Of a stretch of 64,000 nt of DNA, positions 1-9,779 are shown in pieces. The notes beneath the pieces were generated by a model. It was not told the DNA's origin, ran no database searches, and saw nothing but the letters and a program-made list of their open reading frames with translations. A program made the translations under genes and the position numbers. The stretch is from Fimbriimonadia bacterium (GTDB lineage: Bacteria > Armatimonadota > Fimbriimonadia > Fimbriimonadales > JABRVX01), in NCBI GenBank assembly GCA_041483895.1, contig JBGPGO010000001.1, forward strand, positions 384,001 through 448,000. The letters are read 5' to 3'. Position 1 is the stretch's first letter. The number at the start of each line of letters is the position of its first letter.

Positions 1-711
1 CTTCGTCGTTCCACCGTATGCGGCGATCTTTAGATGCGGTTCGAGAATGACGTCTACCATCTTGGGATCGAGTTGCCGGATATTGGATAGAACGCCGCCG
101 TTGAGGTTCATGGCGGAGCGCAATGTCTCCGGCTCGCCAATCGCCTCAATCCGGAATGGAGAGGAGAGCGGGATGCCGTCGAAGTGCACGACCGGGCCCA
201 CGCAACGCACGCTGCTCAGCGAAGTCGCTCGATGCCCGTTGACGGCAATCACTTCCGCTCCTGAAGCGTGCAGTTCATTAATGACTTGCAGAATATCGTT
301 GTCGTGGATGATGTATCGCTCTCTCAGCTCGGGGGCGGTAGCGGGCGGATGTGGGCTGTCTTGCAACAGAACGGTGATGCCCGGCCCCTCGACATCGACA
401 AGCCCCGCCATGACTTTGATCGATTTGAGCTCATCAGACAGCACCTGGGTCATCTTGGACTTGCTCGTGGAGGCGTTTTCCAATTCGTTGAGCTTGTTGC
501 GAAGGTCGATGATCTCCTCGCGCTGTTCCTTGTTGAATTGCCGTTCCGACTTGATGATTTGAGTCGCCAGTGTGGCACGGCCGCCACCCGAGTCCTTATT
601 GGCGATCTCGATCTTGTACGCCCAGGTCGCCAAAACTCCGAGCAACGCGCAGGCGACACTGATCGGGATGAGCCACTGATTACTGGTCTTTGTTATTTGG
701 GCCGGATTCAT
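1..711 (-). CDS. DUF881 family protein (YlxW/YlxX-like), 3' end runs off the window
   Basis: Not in the ORF track; translated by hand from ATG 711: MNPAQITKTSNQWLIPISVACALLGVLATW (TM), coiled coil, then IIHDNDILQVINELHASGAEVIAVNG..VRCVGP..PFRIEAIG. Lies directly after ftsQ. Confidence 0.85.
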   Translation of the reverse strand, partial: MNPAQITKTSNQWLIPISVACALLGVLATWAYKIEIANKDSGGGRATLATQIIKSERQFNKEQREEIIDLRNKLNELENASTSKSKMTQVLSDELKSIKVMAGLVDVEGPGITVLLQDSPHPPATAPELRERYIIHDNDILQVINELHASGAEVIAVNGHRATSLSSVRCVGPVVHFDGIPLSSPFRIEAIGEPETLRSAMNLNGGVLSNIRQLDPKMVDVILEPHLKIAAYGGTTK

Positions 712-1540
712 AGGTAGACGCCTTTTTCGCCGCATCCGGGGGCGCATTTGTTGGTGCATCGTGACGGTTCCAACGAACGGCGGGAGCCTCCGGACACTTC
801 AGGTCTAGGTACTCGGCCTTATCGAGCAAAGTCGGGTCTCGTTGCAGGATGGTCTGGAGCGTCTTGATCTTGGCGCCTACCCGGTCGCCGCCGCCCAAAC
901 GGACGGGCGACAGCGTTGGGATATTTAAGCACATCTCCCCCGTGGAATCAACAGTTATCTTGGCGCGGCTCCCCATCCGTCTCCTGTCGAGTTCCCTAAA
1001 TACCGCCATCGCCGGCTTCACTTCTTCCGGCTCGCTGCCGAAAGGCCATTGGACCGGCCCGGCAAATTCAATTCTTCGCGCCGATTCGCCGCCCTCCGAT
1101 CGCTGGAACGGAATCCCCAGTTCATCGATATCGGCGGTCCAGCCAGGTCCGGACGCGCGGGCGTACTGCCGTCGATATGCAAGGCGGACGGTGAGGCGGC
1201 CGTCAATGCCCCGCCGGACCTCGGCGGTCCTGATCCGGGGCTCCTTATTCAGCAGGTGCTGGATGCGCGCTCCGTTGATGGCGAGGACCGGCTGACCGCG
1301 CATGGGACGGAATGCGTCCCGCAGCCATCCCTCGTCCCGATTGTCCGATCCATTGATCGTGATGGAACGCAGGCCAGTCCAGGGCGAGGTGAACGCGGCG
1401 GCGATCAGCTCCAGAGCCAGGCCGATGCCGAAAATCCAGCGCCACGGAAGATTGCGCTTGGGCTTCCGGGGCGCGACCCGGCGGTCCGAGGAATATCGGC
1501 GGCGGGGGCTAGACCTGGAAGCGCGGACGGCGGATTTCAT
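680..1540 (-). CDS. ftsQ: Cell division protein FtsQ/DivIB
   Basis: Basic N-terminus, single TM, POTRA-like segment, C-terminal YLDLKCPEAP; dcw position after ddl. Confidence 0.85.
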   Translation of the reverse strand: MKSAVRASRSSPRRRYSSDRRVAPRKPKRNLPWRWIFGIGLALELIAAAFTSPWTGLRSITINGSDNRDEGWLRDAFRPMRGQPVLAINGARIQHLLNKEPRIRTAEVRRGIDGRLTVRLAYRRQYARASGPGWTADIDELGIPFQRSEGGESARRIEFAGPVQWPFGSEPEEVKPAMAVFRELDRRRMGSRAKITVDSTGEMCLNIPTLSPVRLGGGDRVGAKIKTLQTILQRDPTLLDKAEYLDLKCPEAPAVRWNRHDAPTNAPPDAAKKASTYESGPNNKDQ

Positions 1541-3884
1541 GCTCCTCCAATGCCAGTTGGATAATCTTTTCGCACAGGTCGGGGAAGGATAGGCCCACGG
1601 CCTCCGCGGCGCGCGGGAAGATGCTCGTGGGCGTGAGGCCGGGGATGGTGTTTAGCTCCAGAATAAACGGGCCCTCGTCGGTCACCATCATGTCCACGCG
1701 GGTGAACCCCCGGCAGCCGATGGTCTCGAAGGCGTCCTTGGCGATCTGTTGGCAGCGGGCGGTCATTTCCGGATCGAGGCGGGCGGGGATGATCTCCTCC
1801 GTCGCGCCGAGGGTGTATTTGGACTCGAAATCGTACACGCCGCTTTGGGGGGCAATTTCGCAGATGGGCAGCACGTCGGGTTTCTCGTTTCCGAGCACGC
1901 AGACTGAGATCTCCATGCCTTTCACCCAAGGCTCCACCAGGGCCTCGATGTCGTGGCGGAGGGCGATTCGGACGCCGCGTTCCAGTTCTTCTTTCGTTGT
2001 GGCGAAGCTGAGGCCGACGGAGGAGCCTTGGTTGTTGGGCTTGATGACGGCGGGCAGCGGGCACTCCTGCCACTTCTCTTTCCAGTCCCTTCTCGACAGC
2101 AGTACTCCCGACAGCACCGGCAGCCCCGCCGCAGCCAGTTCCCGCTTACACCGATGCTTGTTCATGGCCAGCGCGCTGGCCAGCACTCCGGAACCGGTGT
2201 AGGGAGTCCCTGCTAACTCCAAGTATCCCTGAGCCGTTCCGTCCTCCCCAGGCGAACCATGAAGCGCGATAAATACCACGTCCTCCACATTCTTGGTCCT
2301 CGAAATCGGATGGCCAAAAAAATCCTCCAACTCAGAAAGGAGCGCGAGAAACCCAGCTTTACTCAACGCGTCCGCGACTCGCAGTCCAGTGAGATTTGAG
2401 ACCTCTCTTTCGGTCGAGTACCCGCCAGCCAAAACGCGCACCGTTCCCTTATATGCTTGTTTCTGTTTCCGAGCGAGGATTTGCGAAACTTCGGCAATGC
2501 AACGGTTGATATCGCCCGCGCCCATGGAAACAAAAACATCCTTTGGCTCCAACATCGCCGCAGCGGTTGCCGCCAGATTCTCCAGGCTCGGAACATACAG
2601 AACAGGAAAATTCGAATTATGCTGTTCTATCAACTCCACAATCCTTCCACTCGTCAAACCTGGGATCGGCTTCTCACGGGCGGGATAAATATCTGTGATA
2701 AGCAGTGCGTCTGCCAACTGGAGCGTCTCCGCGAATCGATGAAGAAACTGCTGTGTCCGCGAATATAAGTGTGGCTGGAAAGCTAACACCACGCGCCGAC
2801 CGGCATACCGGTGCCGAATTGCAGAGATTGACGCCGAAATCTCCGTAGGATGATGCGCGTAATCGTCTATCAGCACGATGTCGCCGGACAAACCTACCTC
2901 TTCCAGCCTTCGCTCCGGAGATTTGAATCGTCGCAGACCCTCCTTGATTGCTTGCGGCCATATCCCGAGAGTATGGGCCATCGCGATCGCGGCCAACGCA
3001 TTCCTTATGTTGTGCTCGCCGGGAACCTTGAGCCAAAACTCGCCCAAATCGGCATCCGGGGACAGAACCGTAAAAACTGTCTCCTCTTCGTCCTGCGTGA
3101 TTTTGATCGCCTGAAAGTCGCCATGATAGAGGCCGAAAGAGAGCGTTCTGCATTGCGCCTTCTGCGCGATACCGGAACATATCTCATCATCAACGGGATA
3201 GACGAGCAAGCCATTCTTAGGTAATGCTTGTATAAATCTTTCCATGCTGGCAACGAGCTTCTCGAGCGTGCCGTGATAATCAAGGTGATCGGCCTCCAAG
3301 TTCGTCAGGATCGCGCTTTCCGGCGTTAGGTCATGAATGGAATCGTAGGCCTCGCATGCTTCCGCCACGAACCAGTCCCCTTTGCCGATCCGCACGCTGC
3401 CGTGAAACTGCTCAACTTCCGCTCCGACGAACACCATGGGATCGAGTCCGGCATCAATGAGAATCGTTCCGAGCATGGCGGTAGTGGTGGTTTTGCCGTG
3501 CGTGCCCGTGACAGCAATGGCACGCTTTTGGCGCGTCAACCAGCCGAGCAGTTCGGACCTGCGCCACACGGGTATACCGCGCCTTTTGGCCTCAATAATT
3601 TCCGGATTGGTCTCGCGGTCAGCCGCATCGGTTGAAATCACCCAATCGGCATCCTCAAGGTGCTTGGGATCGTGTCCTTCGTAGACCTTCATGCCTAACG
3701 CGGACAGTGCCAAAGTAAGAATCGAAGGCGTGATGTCGGAGCCGGAGACCTTGTAGCCCTGCGCGTGGAGGATTCGCGCGAGGCCGCTCTGCCCCGCGCC
3801 GCCAATGCCGACGAAGAACGGCCGCTTGCATTTCTTGAAGTCTTCCGCCACACTGTCAGAATACCTCGCCGTGGCTACAGCCAT
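1509..3884 (-). CDS. murC-ddl: Fused UDP-N-acetylmuramate--L-alanine ligase / D-alanine--D-alanine ligase
   Basis: MurC motifs GIGGAGQS, GTHGKTTT, DDYAHHPTE and FQPH, continuing in frame into Ddl motifs GGYSTEREVS, LHGSPGEDG, KPNNQGSS, YDFESKY and ELNTIPG. Confidence 0.95.
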   Translation of the reverse strand: MAVATARYSDSVAEDFKKCKRPFFVGIGGAGQSGLARILHAQGYKVSGSDITPSILTLALSALGMKVYEGHDPKHLEDADWVISTDAADRETNPEIIEAKRRGIPVWRRSELLGWLTRQKRAIAVTGTHGKTTTTAMLGTILIDAGLDPMVFVGAEVEQFHGSVRIGKGDWFVAEACEAYDSIHDLTPESAILTNLEADHLDYHGTLEKLVASMERFIQALPKNGLLVYPVDDEICSGIAQKAQCRTLSFGLYHGDFQAIKITQDEEETVFTVLSPDADLGEFWLKVPGEHNIRNALAAIAMAHTLGIWPQAIKEGLRRFKSPERRLEEVGLSGDIVLIDDYAHHPTEISASISAIRHRYAGRRVVLAFQPHLYSRTQQFLHRFAETLQLADALLITDIYPAREKPIPGLTSGRIVELIEQHNSNFPVLYVPSLENLAATAAAMLEPKDVFVSMGAGDINRCIAEVSQILARKQKQAYKGTVRVLAGGYSTEREVSNLTGLRVADALSKAGFLALLSELEDFFGHPISRTKNVEDVVFIALHGSPGEDGTAQGYLELAGTPYTGSGVLASALAMNKHRCKRELAAAGLPVLSGVLLSRRDWKEKWQECPLPAVIKPNNQGSSVGLSFATTKEELERGVRIALRHDIEALVEPWVKGMEISVCVLGNEKPDVLPICEIAPQSGVYDFESKYTLGATEEIIPARLDPEMTARCQQIAKDAFETIGCRGFTRVDMMVTDEGPFILELNTIPGLTPTSIFPRAAEAVGLSFPDLCEKIIQLALEEHEIRRPRFQV

Positions 3885-3889
3885 CTTTT

Positions 3890-5023
3890 CTAAGACACCA
3901 TGCGGCCGGCGGTGGTGGAACGAGGGGTCGCGCCGGCGATCGCCTCCAGCTTATCCACAATCAGCTCCTCGGCGTTTGGACGGAACAGGGCCCGCGCCGC
4001 CTTCGAAGCCTTGGCAAGCTCTTCCGGTTGACTCCGCCATGTCTCGATCCATTCGGACAGGAGAGACGGGGAAATGGCGGACTGTTTGCAAACTCGGCCC
4101 GCGCCCGCATCCGACAGAACCTGCGCGTTGATCGCCTGATGATTATTGGCGGCGGTAGGCAGCGGCACCATGATGGAGGGCAGTCCCCACGCTAAAGTCT
4201 CGTTCAACGTTCCCGACCCGCAACGCACAATAGCTGTATCCGCCGCGCGAAACGCCATCCCAACTTCCGGTCCCGTCAAAAATCCTCGAACAACATGATT
4301 TCCGTTGAGACCCAAGTTCTTCGCCGATTCGCGAACCTGCGCCTCGTGCTTATCCCCGGTGACGTGCAGCCACTGGACGCTTCCGGTCGGCATATGCTGC
4401 ACCGCGCTCAGCACCGCCTCATTGATCGCCTGCGCGCCCTGCGACCCGCCCAAAACCAGGACGGTCCATTTGTCGGCGGCGAGGCCAAAATGAACTCGGG
4501 CGTCGGCCTGCGACAGCTCGCACTGAATGGCATCCTCCCGCAGCGGCATGCCGGAGACGACGATGTTCTTATTCTTGAAATCCGAAGCCGCTTTTTCGAA
4601 GGTCAAGCAGATCAGCGCTGCGTGCTTTCCCAGCATCTTGTTCGCCCGGCCCGCGACCGCGTTCTGCTCGTGCAGCACGTACGGCCCCTTGCGTTTTTTC
4701 TGCGCCATCAAAATGGGCGCGGCCACATATCCGCCGGTGCCGAAAACGATATCCGGCCGAAACCTTTCCAGAATCCGCATGGACTCCGACTGTGATCGGA
4801 CCAGCTTGACCAGGCCCTTAATCCCCTTCGGAGTGAAGACGCGGCCGACCGGCTCCGCATGGACGCGCTCGAACGCTAGCGGCATGTCGGCAAGGGAGTT
4901 CTCTATGCCGCGATAGCTGCCGATGTACAGGACCTCACACCCGCGTGAGGCCGCGACGCATCCGACTCGAAGCGCGGGGAACGCGTGTCCGCCTGTCCCC
5001 CCACCGCACACGATCAGTCTCAA
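3890..5023 (-). CDS. murG: Undecaprenyl-PP-MurNAc-pentapeptide GlcNAc transferase
   Basis: GGGTGGH, HEQN and GGSQGA motifs; TTG start at 5023 with GGAGG-like SD. Confidence 0.95.
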   Translation of the reverse strand: MRLIVCGGGTGGHAFPALRVGCVAASRGCEVLYIGSYRGIENSLADMPLAFERVHAEPVGRVFTPKGIKGLVKLVRSQSESMRILERFRPDIVFGTGGYVAAPILMAQKKRKGPYVLHEQNAVAGRANKMLGKHAALICLTFEKAASDFKNKNIVVSGMPLREDAIQCELSQADARVHFGLAADKWTVLVLGGSQGAQAINEAVLSAVQHMPTGSVQWLHVTGDKHEAQVRESAKNLGLNGNHVVRGFLTGPEVGMAFRAADTAIVRCGSGTLNETLAWGLPSIMVPLPTAANNHQAINAQVLSDAGAGRVCKQSAISPSLLSEWIETWRSQPEELAKASKAARALFRPNAEELIVDKLEAIAGATPRSTTAGRMVS

Positions 5024-6140
5024 GCCGTTCCTCCTGTTCCGAAGCCATAGCCGATTGTACGATACCAAATGCAATTCCCAATGCAACCAGACTGCTGCCA
5101 CCCGCGCTGAGCAGCGGCAGCGGTATCCCGATGGGGGGCAAAACGCCGGTCACCATCAGAATATTCACGCCCGATTGCAGGCCGATCCACCAGCCGATGC
5201 CGGCGATGACCAACGACGCATAGCGATTGGGCGCCCGGCCGGAAAGCGCGAACAGCCGCCACACGATGCCGCCAATGAGAATCAGCATGAACATCGCGCC
5301 GACAAACCCGGCCTCCTCGGCAATCGTTGTAAAGATAAAATCTGTCGTCGCGACGGGGAGCGAGTATTTGGTGATTCCCATCCCGATCCCCTGCCCCATC
5401 GCGCCACCCATGCCGATGCCAAGCTCCGACCGTACCGATTGGAACCCAATCTCTTTCGCGTTTTGGGCGCTCCAGCGATCCTCATGCGCCATGATTCGGG
5501 CAAGGCGGTACGGCTGCAGTTGGATCAGCGCGAACGCCAACACCACACCGGCCGCGGCGAGGGAGAAGATGACCTTGCCCCGGACGCCGCCGAGAATGAG
5601 CATGCCGAGGAAGATTCCAAGTACCATGCCGGCCGTGCCCAGGTCCGGCTCCAGCTCGACCGCCAACGCGCCGACGACAACCAAGGCGAACGGCATGGCG
5701 CTCCAAGCGCGTTCGGTCCAATGCACCGGTTTCGGATAGCGCTGGCGTCGCGGCATCTTCTCCAATAGCGCGGCCAAAAAGACGATGCTCGCAAGTTTCA
5801 GGAATTCGGACGGCTGGATGCGGATCGGGCCATATCCGAACCATCGGTGCGCGTTGTTCAACTCCACCCCGATGACCGGAGCAAAGACAAGCCCGCAGCC
5901 GATGAGAGCCAAAAGAAAGATGATTGTGCTCGACCGCTTCCACTTCTCGAATTCGATGCGGCGGGCGAGGAAGAATGCGCCAATCGCGACGCCGAACCAG
6001 ACGAGCTGCATCAGGCCGCCGCGCAGTCCGCTGCCGGTCCGCATGCCGATCGGGTAGCCCGCGTCCCACACGAAAAACACCCCGAGCGCGGCGACGAGGA
6101 AGCACAGAAAACAGAGCAGCGGGTCCGCCAGGCGCTTCAT
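4935..6140 (-). CDS. ftsW: SEDS peptidoglycan polymerase FtsW
   Basis: Multi-TM protein with IQPSEFLK, EPDLGT, TDFIF, EEAG and LPLLSAGGSS; ATG overlaps the murD stop. Confidence 0.93.
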   Translation of the reverse strand: MKRLADPLLCFLCFLVAALGVFFVWDAGYPIGMRTGSGLRGGLMQLVWFGVAIGAFFLARRIEFEKWKRSSTIIFLLALIGCGLVFAPVIGVELNNAHRWFGYGPIRIQPSEFLKLASIVFLAALLEKMPRRQRYPKPVHWTERAWSAMPFALVVVGALAVELEPDLGTAGMVLGIFLGMLILGGVRGKVIFSLAAAGVVLAFALIQLQPYRLARIMAHEDRWSAQNAKEIGFQSVRSELGIGMGGAMGQGIGMGITKYSLPVATTDFIFTTIAEEAGFVGAMFMLILIGGIVWRLFALSGRAPNRYASLVIAGIGWWIGLQSGVNILMVTGVLPPIGIPLPLLSAGGSSLVALGIAFGIVQSAMASEQEERLETDRVRWGDRRTRVPRASSRMRRGLTRV

Positions 6141-7459
6141 ACACGGGCCCCCAGATGCTCGTCGACCAACTGACGGAAGTGGGCGGCGCGTTCGGCGAAA
6201 TCCTTGTATGCGTCGAAGCTGGAACATCCGGGCAGGAGGACGATCGACTCCCCCGGTTCCGCCATCGCGGCGGCAATGCCCAAGGCCTCTTCTAGATTCT
6301 TCGCCTTCTTGTGCGGCAAATTGTTGAGCGCTTTGGACAGGCGGTCGGCAATTGCGCCATAGATGACAGTGGGTTTGGCGAGGCGCTTCGCGGCCTCGAC
6401 GATGGGAGACAGATCCAATTCTTTGTCGTGCCCTCCGATGAGAGCGACGATGGGAAAATCGACTCCCACAATCGTTTTGAAAACGGAGTCCGGGTTGGTG
6501 CAGGACGAATTGTCGATGTATCGGACGCCGTCAACGTCGGCGATGATCTGCATCCGATGCGGCAACCCTTTGAACACCCGAAGACCGTTGCGAATGTCTT
6601 TGGACGGCACGCCCATCGCGAACGCCCCCGCCGCCGCGGCCAACGCGTTTTGTCGGTTGAACTCCCCGGGGACTTGGATATCGCCTTCGCCCCCGAGCTC
6701 CCACTCGATGCCGCCGCGGCGCAGAACCATTTGGCCATTGCGCCAAAACGCGCAGTCGCCTTTCGTCTCCACGCCAAAATCGATTCGCTGCGCCGCGCCG
6801 GTTTTCGCGCTTGGTTCCCCAACAATGGCGACGTCCTTGGATGTCATGTTGTTGAAGATCCGTTCCTTCGTGCGGAAGTAATCGTCCCGGCCTTCATAAC
6901 GCGTAAGATGATCGCTGGCGATGTTGGTGAGGATTGCGAGGCGTGGACGGAACTGATCCACCCATTCGAGCTGGAAGCTGCTGATTTCGGCTATCAAGAC
7001 ATCCAGATCGTCGGCCTGCATCGCCGCCGCCGTAATCGGGTTGTCGAGTCCTTCGCCGGCGATGTTTCCGCATAGATGGGCTTCCAGGCCCGCGGCAAGG
7101 GCGATGCTGTGCAGCATGGCGGTCGTGGTCGATTTGCCGTTGGTCCCTGTGACCGCCCAGATCGGCGCGCGGGCGATGCGAAAGGCCAGCTCCGGCTCGG
7201 ACCAGATGGGGATCGATTCCTTGCACGCGGCCAGCAGCGCCGGATGGGTCTTGGGAATGCCGGGGCTGGAGACGATGAGATCGAATCGGTCCATGGGCAG
7301 CGCGCCGTCCCAGTTTGCAACCAGATCGATTCCGGCTGCGTCTGGAGCATTTTGATCGAATGCCGTAACCTGTACACCGTAGGCCATCAGAACATGCGCG
7401 GCGGAGCGGCCCGAACGACCGAGACCGAGCACCGCAGCGCGGGAAATATCGCGGATCAT
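6137..7459 (-). CDS. murD: UDP-MurNAc-L-Ala--D-glutamate ligase
   Basis: GLGRSG, SPG, GTNGKSTT, EISSFQL and HRMQ motifs; start overlaps the mraY stop. Confidence 0.95.
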   Translation of the reverse strand: MIRDISRAAVLGLGRSGRSAAHVLMAYGVQVTAFDQNAPDAAGIDLVANWDGALPMDRFDLIVSSPGIPKTHPALLAACKESIPIWSEPELAFRIARAPIWAVTGTNGKSTTTAMLHSIALAAGLEAHLCGNIAGEGLDNPITAAAMQADDLDVLIAEISSFQLEWVDQFRPRLAILTNIASDHLTRYEGRDDYFRTKERIFNNMTSKDVAIVGEPSAKTGAAQRIDFGVETKGDCAFWRNGQMVLRRGGIEWELGGEGDIQVPGEFNRQNALAAAAGAFAMGVPSKDIRNGLRVFKGLPHRMQIIADVDGVRYIDNSSCTNPDSVFKTIVGVDFPIVALIGGHDKELDLSPIVEAAKRLAKPTVIYGAIADRLSKALNNLPHKKAKNLEEALGIAAAMAEPGESIVLLPGCSSFDAYKDFAERAAHFRQLVDEHLGARV

Positions 7460-8397
7460 CGCGCCATCACCACATAGCCGATTGTGCACAGAGCTTGCGC
7501 AAGCACAAAGCCGGAAGTGATCTTCTTTTCCGCGATTCCCTTTTGCTGGAACGCATGGTGAATTGGCGTTCGAGGAAATACGCGGCGCTTGAAAAGCTTG
7601 ACGCTGGCGATTTGGATTGGCACCGGAATCAGTTCGATGAGAAACACTCCGCAGAGCAGTATGGCCCATGGACTGACATGCTGTTGATCGAGCAAGGCAA
7701 AAGCGAAGCAGGCGCCGATGGGAAGCGAGCCGACGTCGCCCATGAACACTTTTGCCGGCGGCGCGTTGAAAACGAGAAATCCGAGGCACGCCCCAAGGAT
7801 CGATCCGGCGTAGAGCGCGGGAGCGCCGACCAGGAAGATGCCGAGCGCGGCCAGCGACATGGTCCCGGCGGCGAGACCGTCCAATCCGTCGGTCAAATTG
7901 AATGCGTTGGCCATTCCAACGATGATGACTGCGTACATCCACATGTATCCCCATCCCTGAGGATGGAGCACTAGCAGCGGAATGTAGCCGGCTGCGGTTT
8001 CGATCACCGGCGCCGGACCGAAATAGCTGTAACAGGTCGGCAATGCGACCGCAAATTGCAGCGCCAGTTTCGGCATCCAACCCAAACCCCGTTTGCCGGT
8101 CACGCGGGGCATCACATAGTCATCCAAGAACCCGATCGCGGCGAATCCTAGCATGAGCCAAATAAATTGCATCCAGGAATCGGTAACGTCGACCCACCTA
8201 AAACCGGCTATAACGAGCGTGCCGAGGATAGCCGCTAACATCATGATCCCGCCCATCGTCGGGGTGCCCTGTTTGACCTGATGTTCCGGCACGAACTCGC
8301 TGATCTTCTGAATCGCCTGCACACGGCGCAAAAGGATCAAGGTGAATGGGCCGAGAATGAGAGTAAGCGCGAGGCTGACAAGAATCGCGACCATCAT
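7456..8397 (-). CDS. mraY: Phospho-N-acetylmuramoyl-pentapeptide transferase
   Basis: KQGTPTMGG, GFLDDY, NLTDGLDGLA, FMGDVGS and PIHH motifs. Confidence 0.96.
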   Translation of the reverse strand: MMVAILVSLALTLILGPFTLILLRRVQAIQKISEFVPEHQVKQGTPTMGGIMMLAAILGTLVIAGFRWVDVTDSWMQFIWLMLGFAAIGFLDDYVMPRVTGKRGLGWMPKLALQFAVALPTCYSYFGPAPVIETAAGYIPLLVLHPQGWGYMWMYAVIIVGMANAFNLTDGLDGLAAGTMSLAALGIFLVGAPALYAGSILGACLGFLVFNAPPAKVFMGDVGSLPIGACFAFALLDQQHVSPWAILLCGVFLIELIPVPIQIASVKLFKRRVFPRTPIHHAFQQKGIAEKKITSGFVLAQALCTIGYVVMAR

Positions 8398-9779
8398 GCT
8401 CCGGCCCCCGCGCCCAACGCATCGAGAAGGCGCTCCATATGCAGGCTGCGGGAGCCCTTAATTAAGATAAGATCCCCCTCGCGCGAAAATTTTGGGAGCC
8501 ACTCGGCGACTGCCTCTGTCGATTCGAATCGAGCGGCTCCCTCCTTGGCAATGGATGCTTCCGCTGCTGCGTCCGCAATCCAACCGGCTTCCTTGCCGAC
8601 CACGGCCAAAACGTCTATGCCCAACTCGGCGACCAGCCTCCCGATCGCCCGGTGCTCGGATTCTTTGTAATCACCCATTTCCAACATGCCGCCGAGGACC
8701 GCGATCTTTCTCTCCGCCTCCATCTGGGCGAGGGTCTTCAGGGCTTCCGTCATGGAATCGGGGCTGGCGTTGTACATGTCCGCCAAGACCCGAACCCCGC
8801 CGAACGGGATAAGCTGCATGCGGTGAGGCGGAAATTCCGTGTTTTGCAGCGCTTCGGCGGCGCGGGCCACATCCAACCCCAAAGCGCTTGCGACGGCAAG
8901 GGCGGCGCATGCGTTTGCGGCTTGAAATAGTCCGATGGCGTTCAGATGCCCCTGAACTCGGCGGCCAAAGGCGGAAAACGTAACGTCGCTGCCCGTGTCT
9001 GTCGCTTCGATCCCCATCACATGCACGTCGCCGCCGGTTCCAAAGGTGACAATCGGACACTGCGTCTTGGATCGCAGACTCTCGAAGTACGGCGAATCTT
9101 TCGGCAGGATGGCCACGCCGTCGCTGGGCAGAGCGGAGAGCAGCTCCGCCTTGGCATCGGCAATCGCCTCGGGGCTGCCCAGCTCGCCGACATGCGAAAG
9201 GCCGATGTTGGTGACGACGCCAATGCTCGGTTTAGCAATGTCGCAAAGCTCGGCTATCTGGCCCGGTCCCCGCATTGCCATCTCCACGACGCTGATCATG
9301 TGGGCGGCGCACAGATGGAGCATCGCGAGGGGGACGCCGACTTCTGTATTCAGGTTGCCTTCCGTCTTGTGAACGGATACCATCGGGGCGAGCGCGGCGG
9401 CAATCATCTCTTTCACGCTGGTCTTTCCGGTGCTCCCGGTAACCCCAATCACCTTGGCCGGCATCTTCGCCCGGTACCATGTTGCGAGTCGCATAAGTGC
9501 AAGTTTTGTATCAATAACCTGTATGAAACTGTCGCCTCCAATCGCGCTGCCCTTTTCCACCACCACCGCAACAGCGCCCATTTTGAAGGCCTCCGCCACG
9601 AACGAATGGCCGTCCACCTTTTTCCCCGGCAGGGCAAAAAAGAGCGAGCCGTGAAGCACATCCCGGCTATCCGCGACGACGGATCCCACGGGACCGCTGT
9701 TGCCGACTAACGTGCCTCCCATGGCAAGCGCGGCTTCTTCCAATGTGAAGAGGCATCCAACGGCGGCGGTCCCAGTCAC
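8394..9779 (-). CDS. murF: UDP-MurNAc-tripeptide--D-Ala-D-Ala ligase
   Basis: DGH, TGSTGKTSVKE, NLNTEVG, DMYNASP and KGSR motifs. Confidence 0.95.
   Translation of the reverse strand: MTGTAAVGCLFTLEEAALAMGGTLVGNSGPVGSVVADSRDVLHGSLFFALPGKKVDGHSFVAEAFKMGAVAVVVEKGSAIGGDSFIQVIDTKLALMRLATWYRAKMPAKVIGVTGSTGKTSVKEMIAAALAPMVSVHKTEGNLNTEVGVPLAMLHLCAAHMISVVEMAMRGPGQIAELCDIAKPSIGVVTNIGLSHVGELGSPEAIADAKAELLSALPSDGVAILPKDSPYFESLRSKTQCPIVTFGTGGDVHVMGIEATDTGSDVTFSAFGRRVQGHLNAIGLFQAANACAALAVASALGLDVARAAEALQNTEFPPHRMQLIPFGGVRVLADMYNASPDSMTEALKTLAQMEAERKIAVLGGMLEMGDYKESEHRAIGRLVAELGIDVLAVVGKEAGWIADAAAEASIAKEGAARFESTEAVAEWLPKFSREGDLILIKGSRSLHMERLLDALGAGAGA

Noticed and set aside
7460..8080. N-terminal extension of murD in the ORF track
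   Set aside because: It overlaps mraY in another frame; the real start is 7459.
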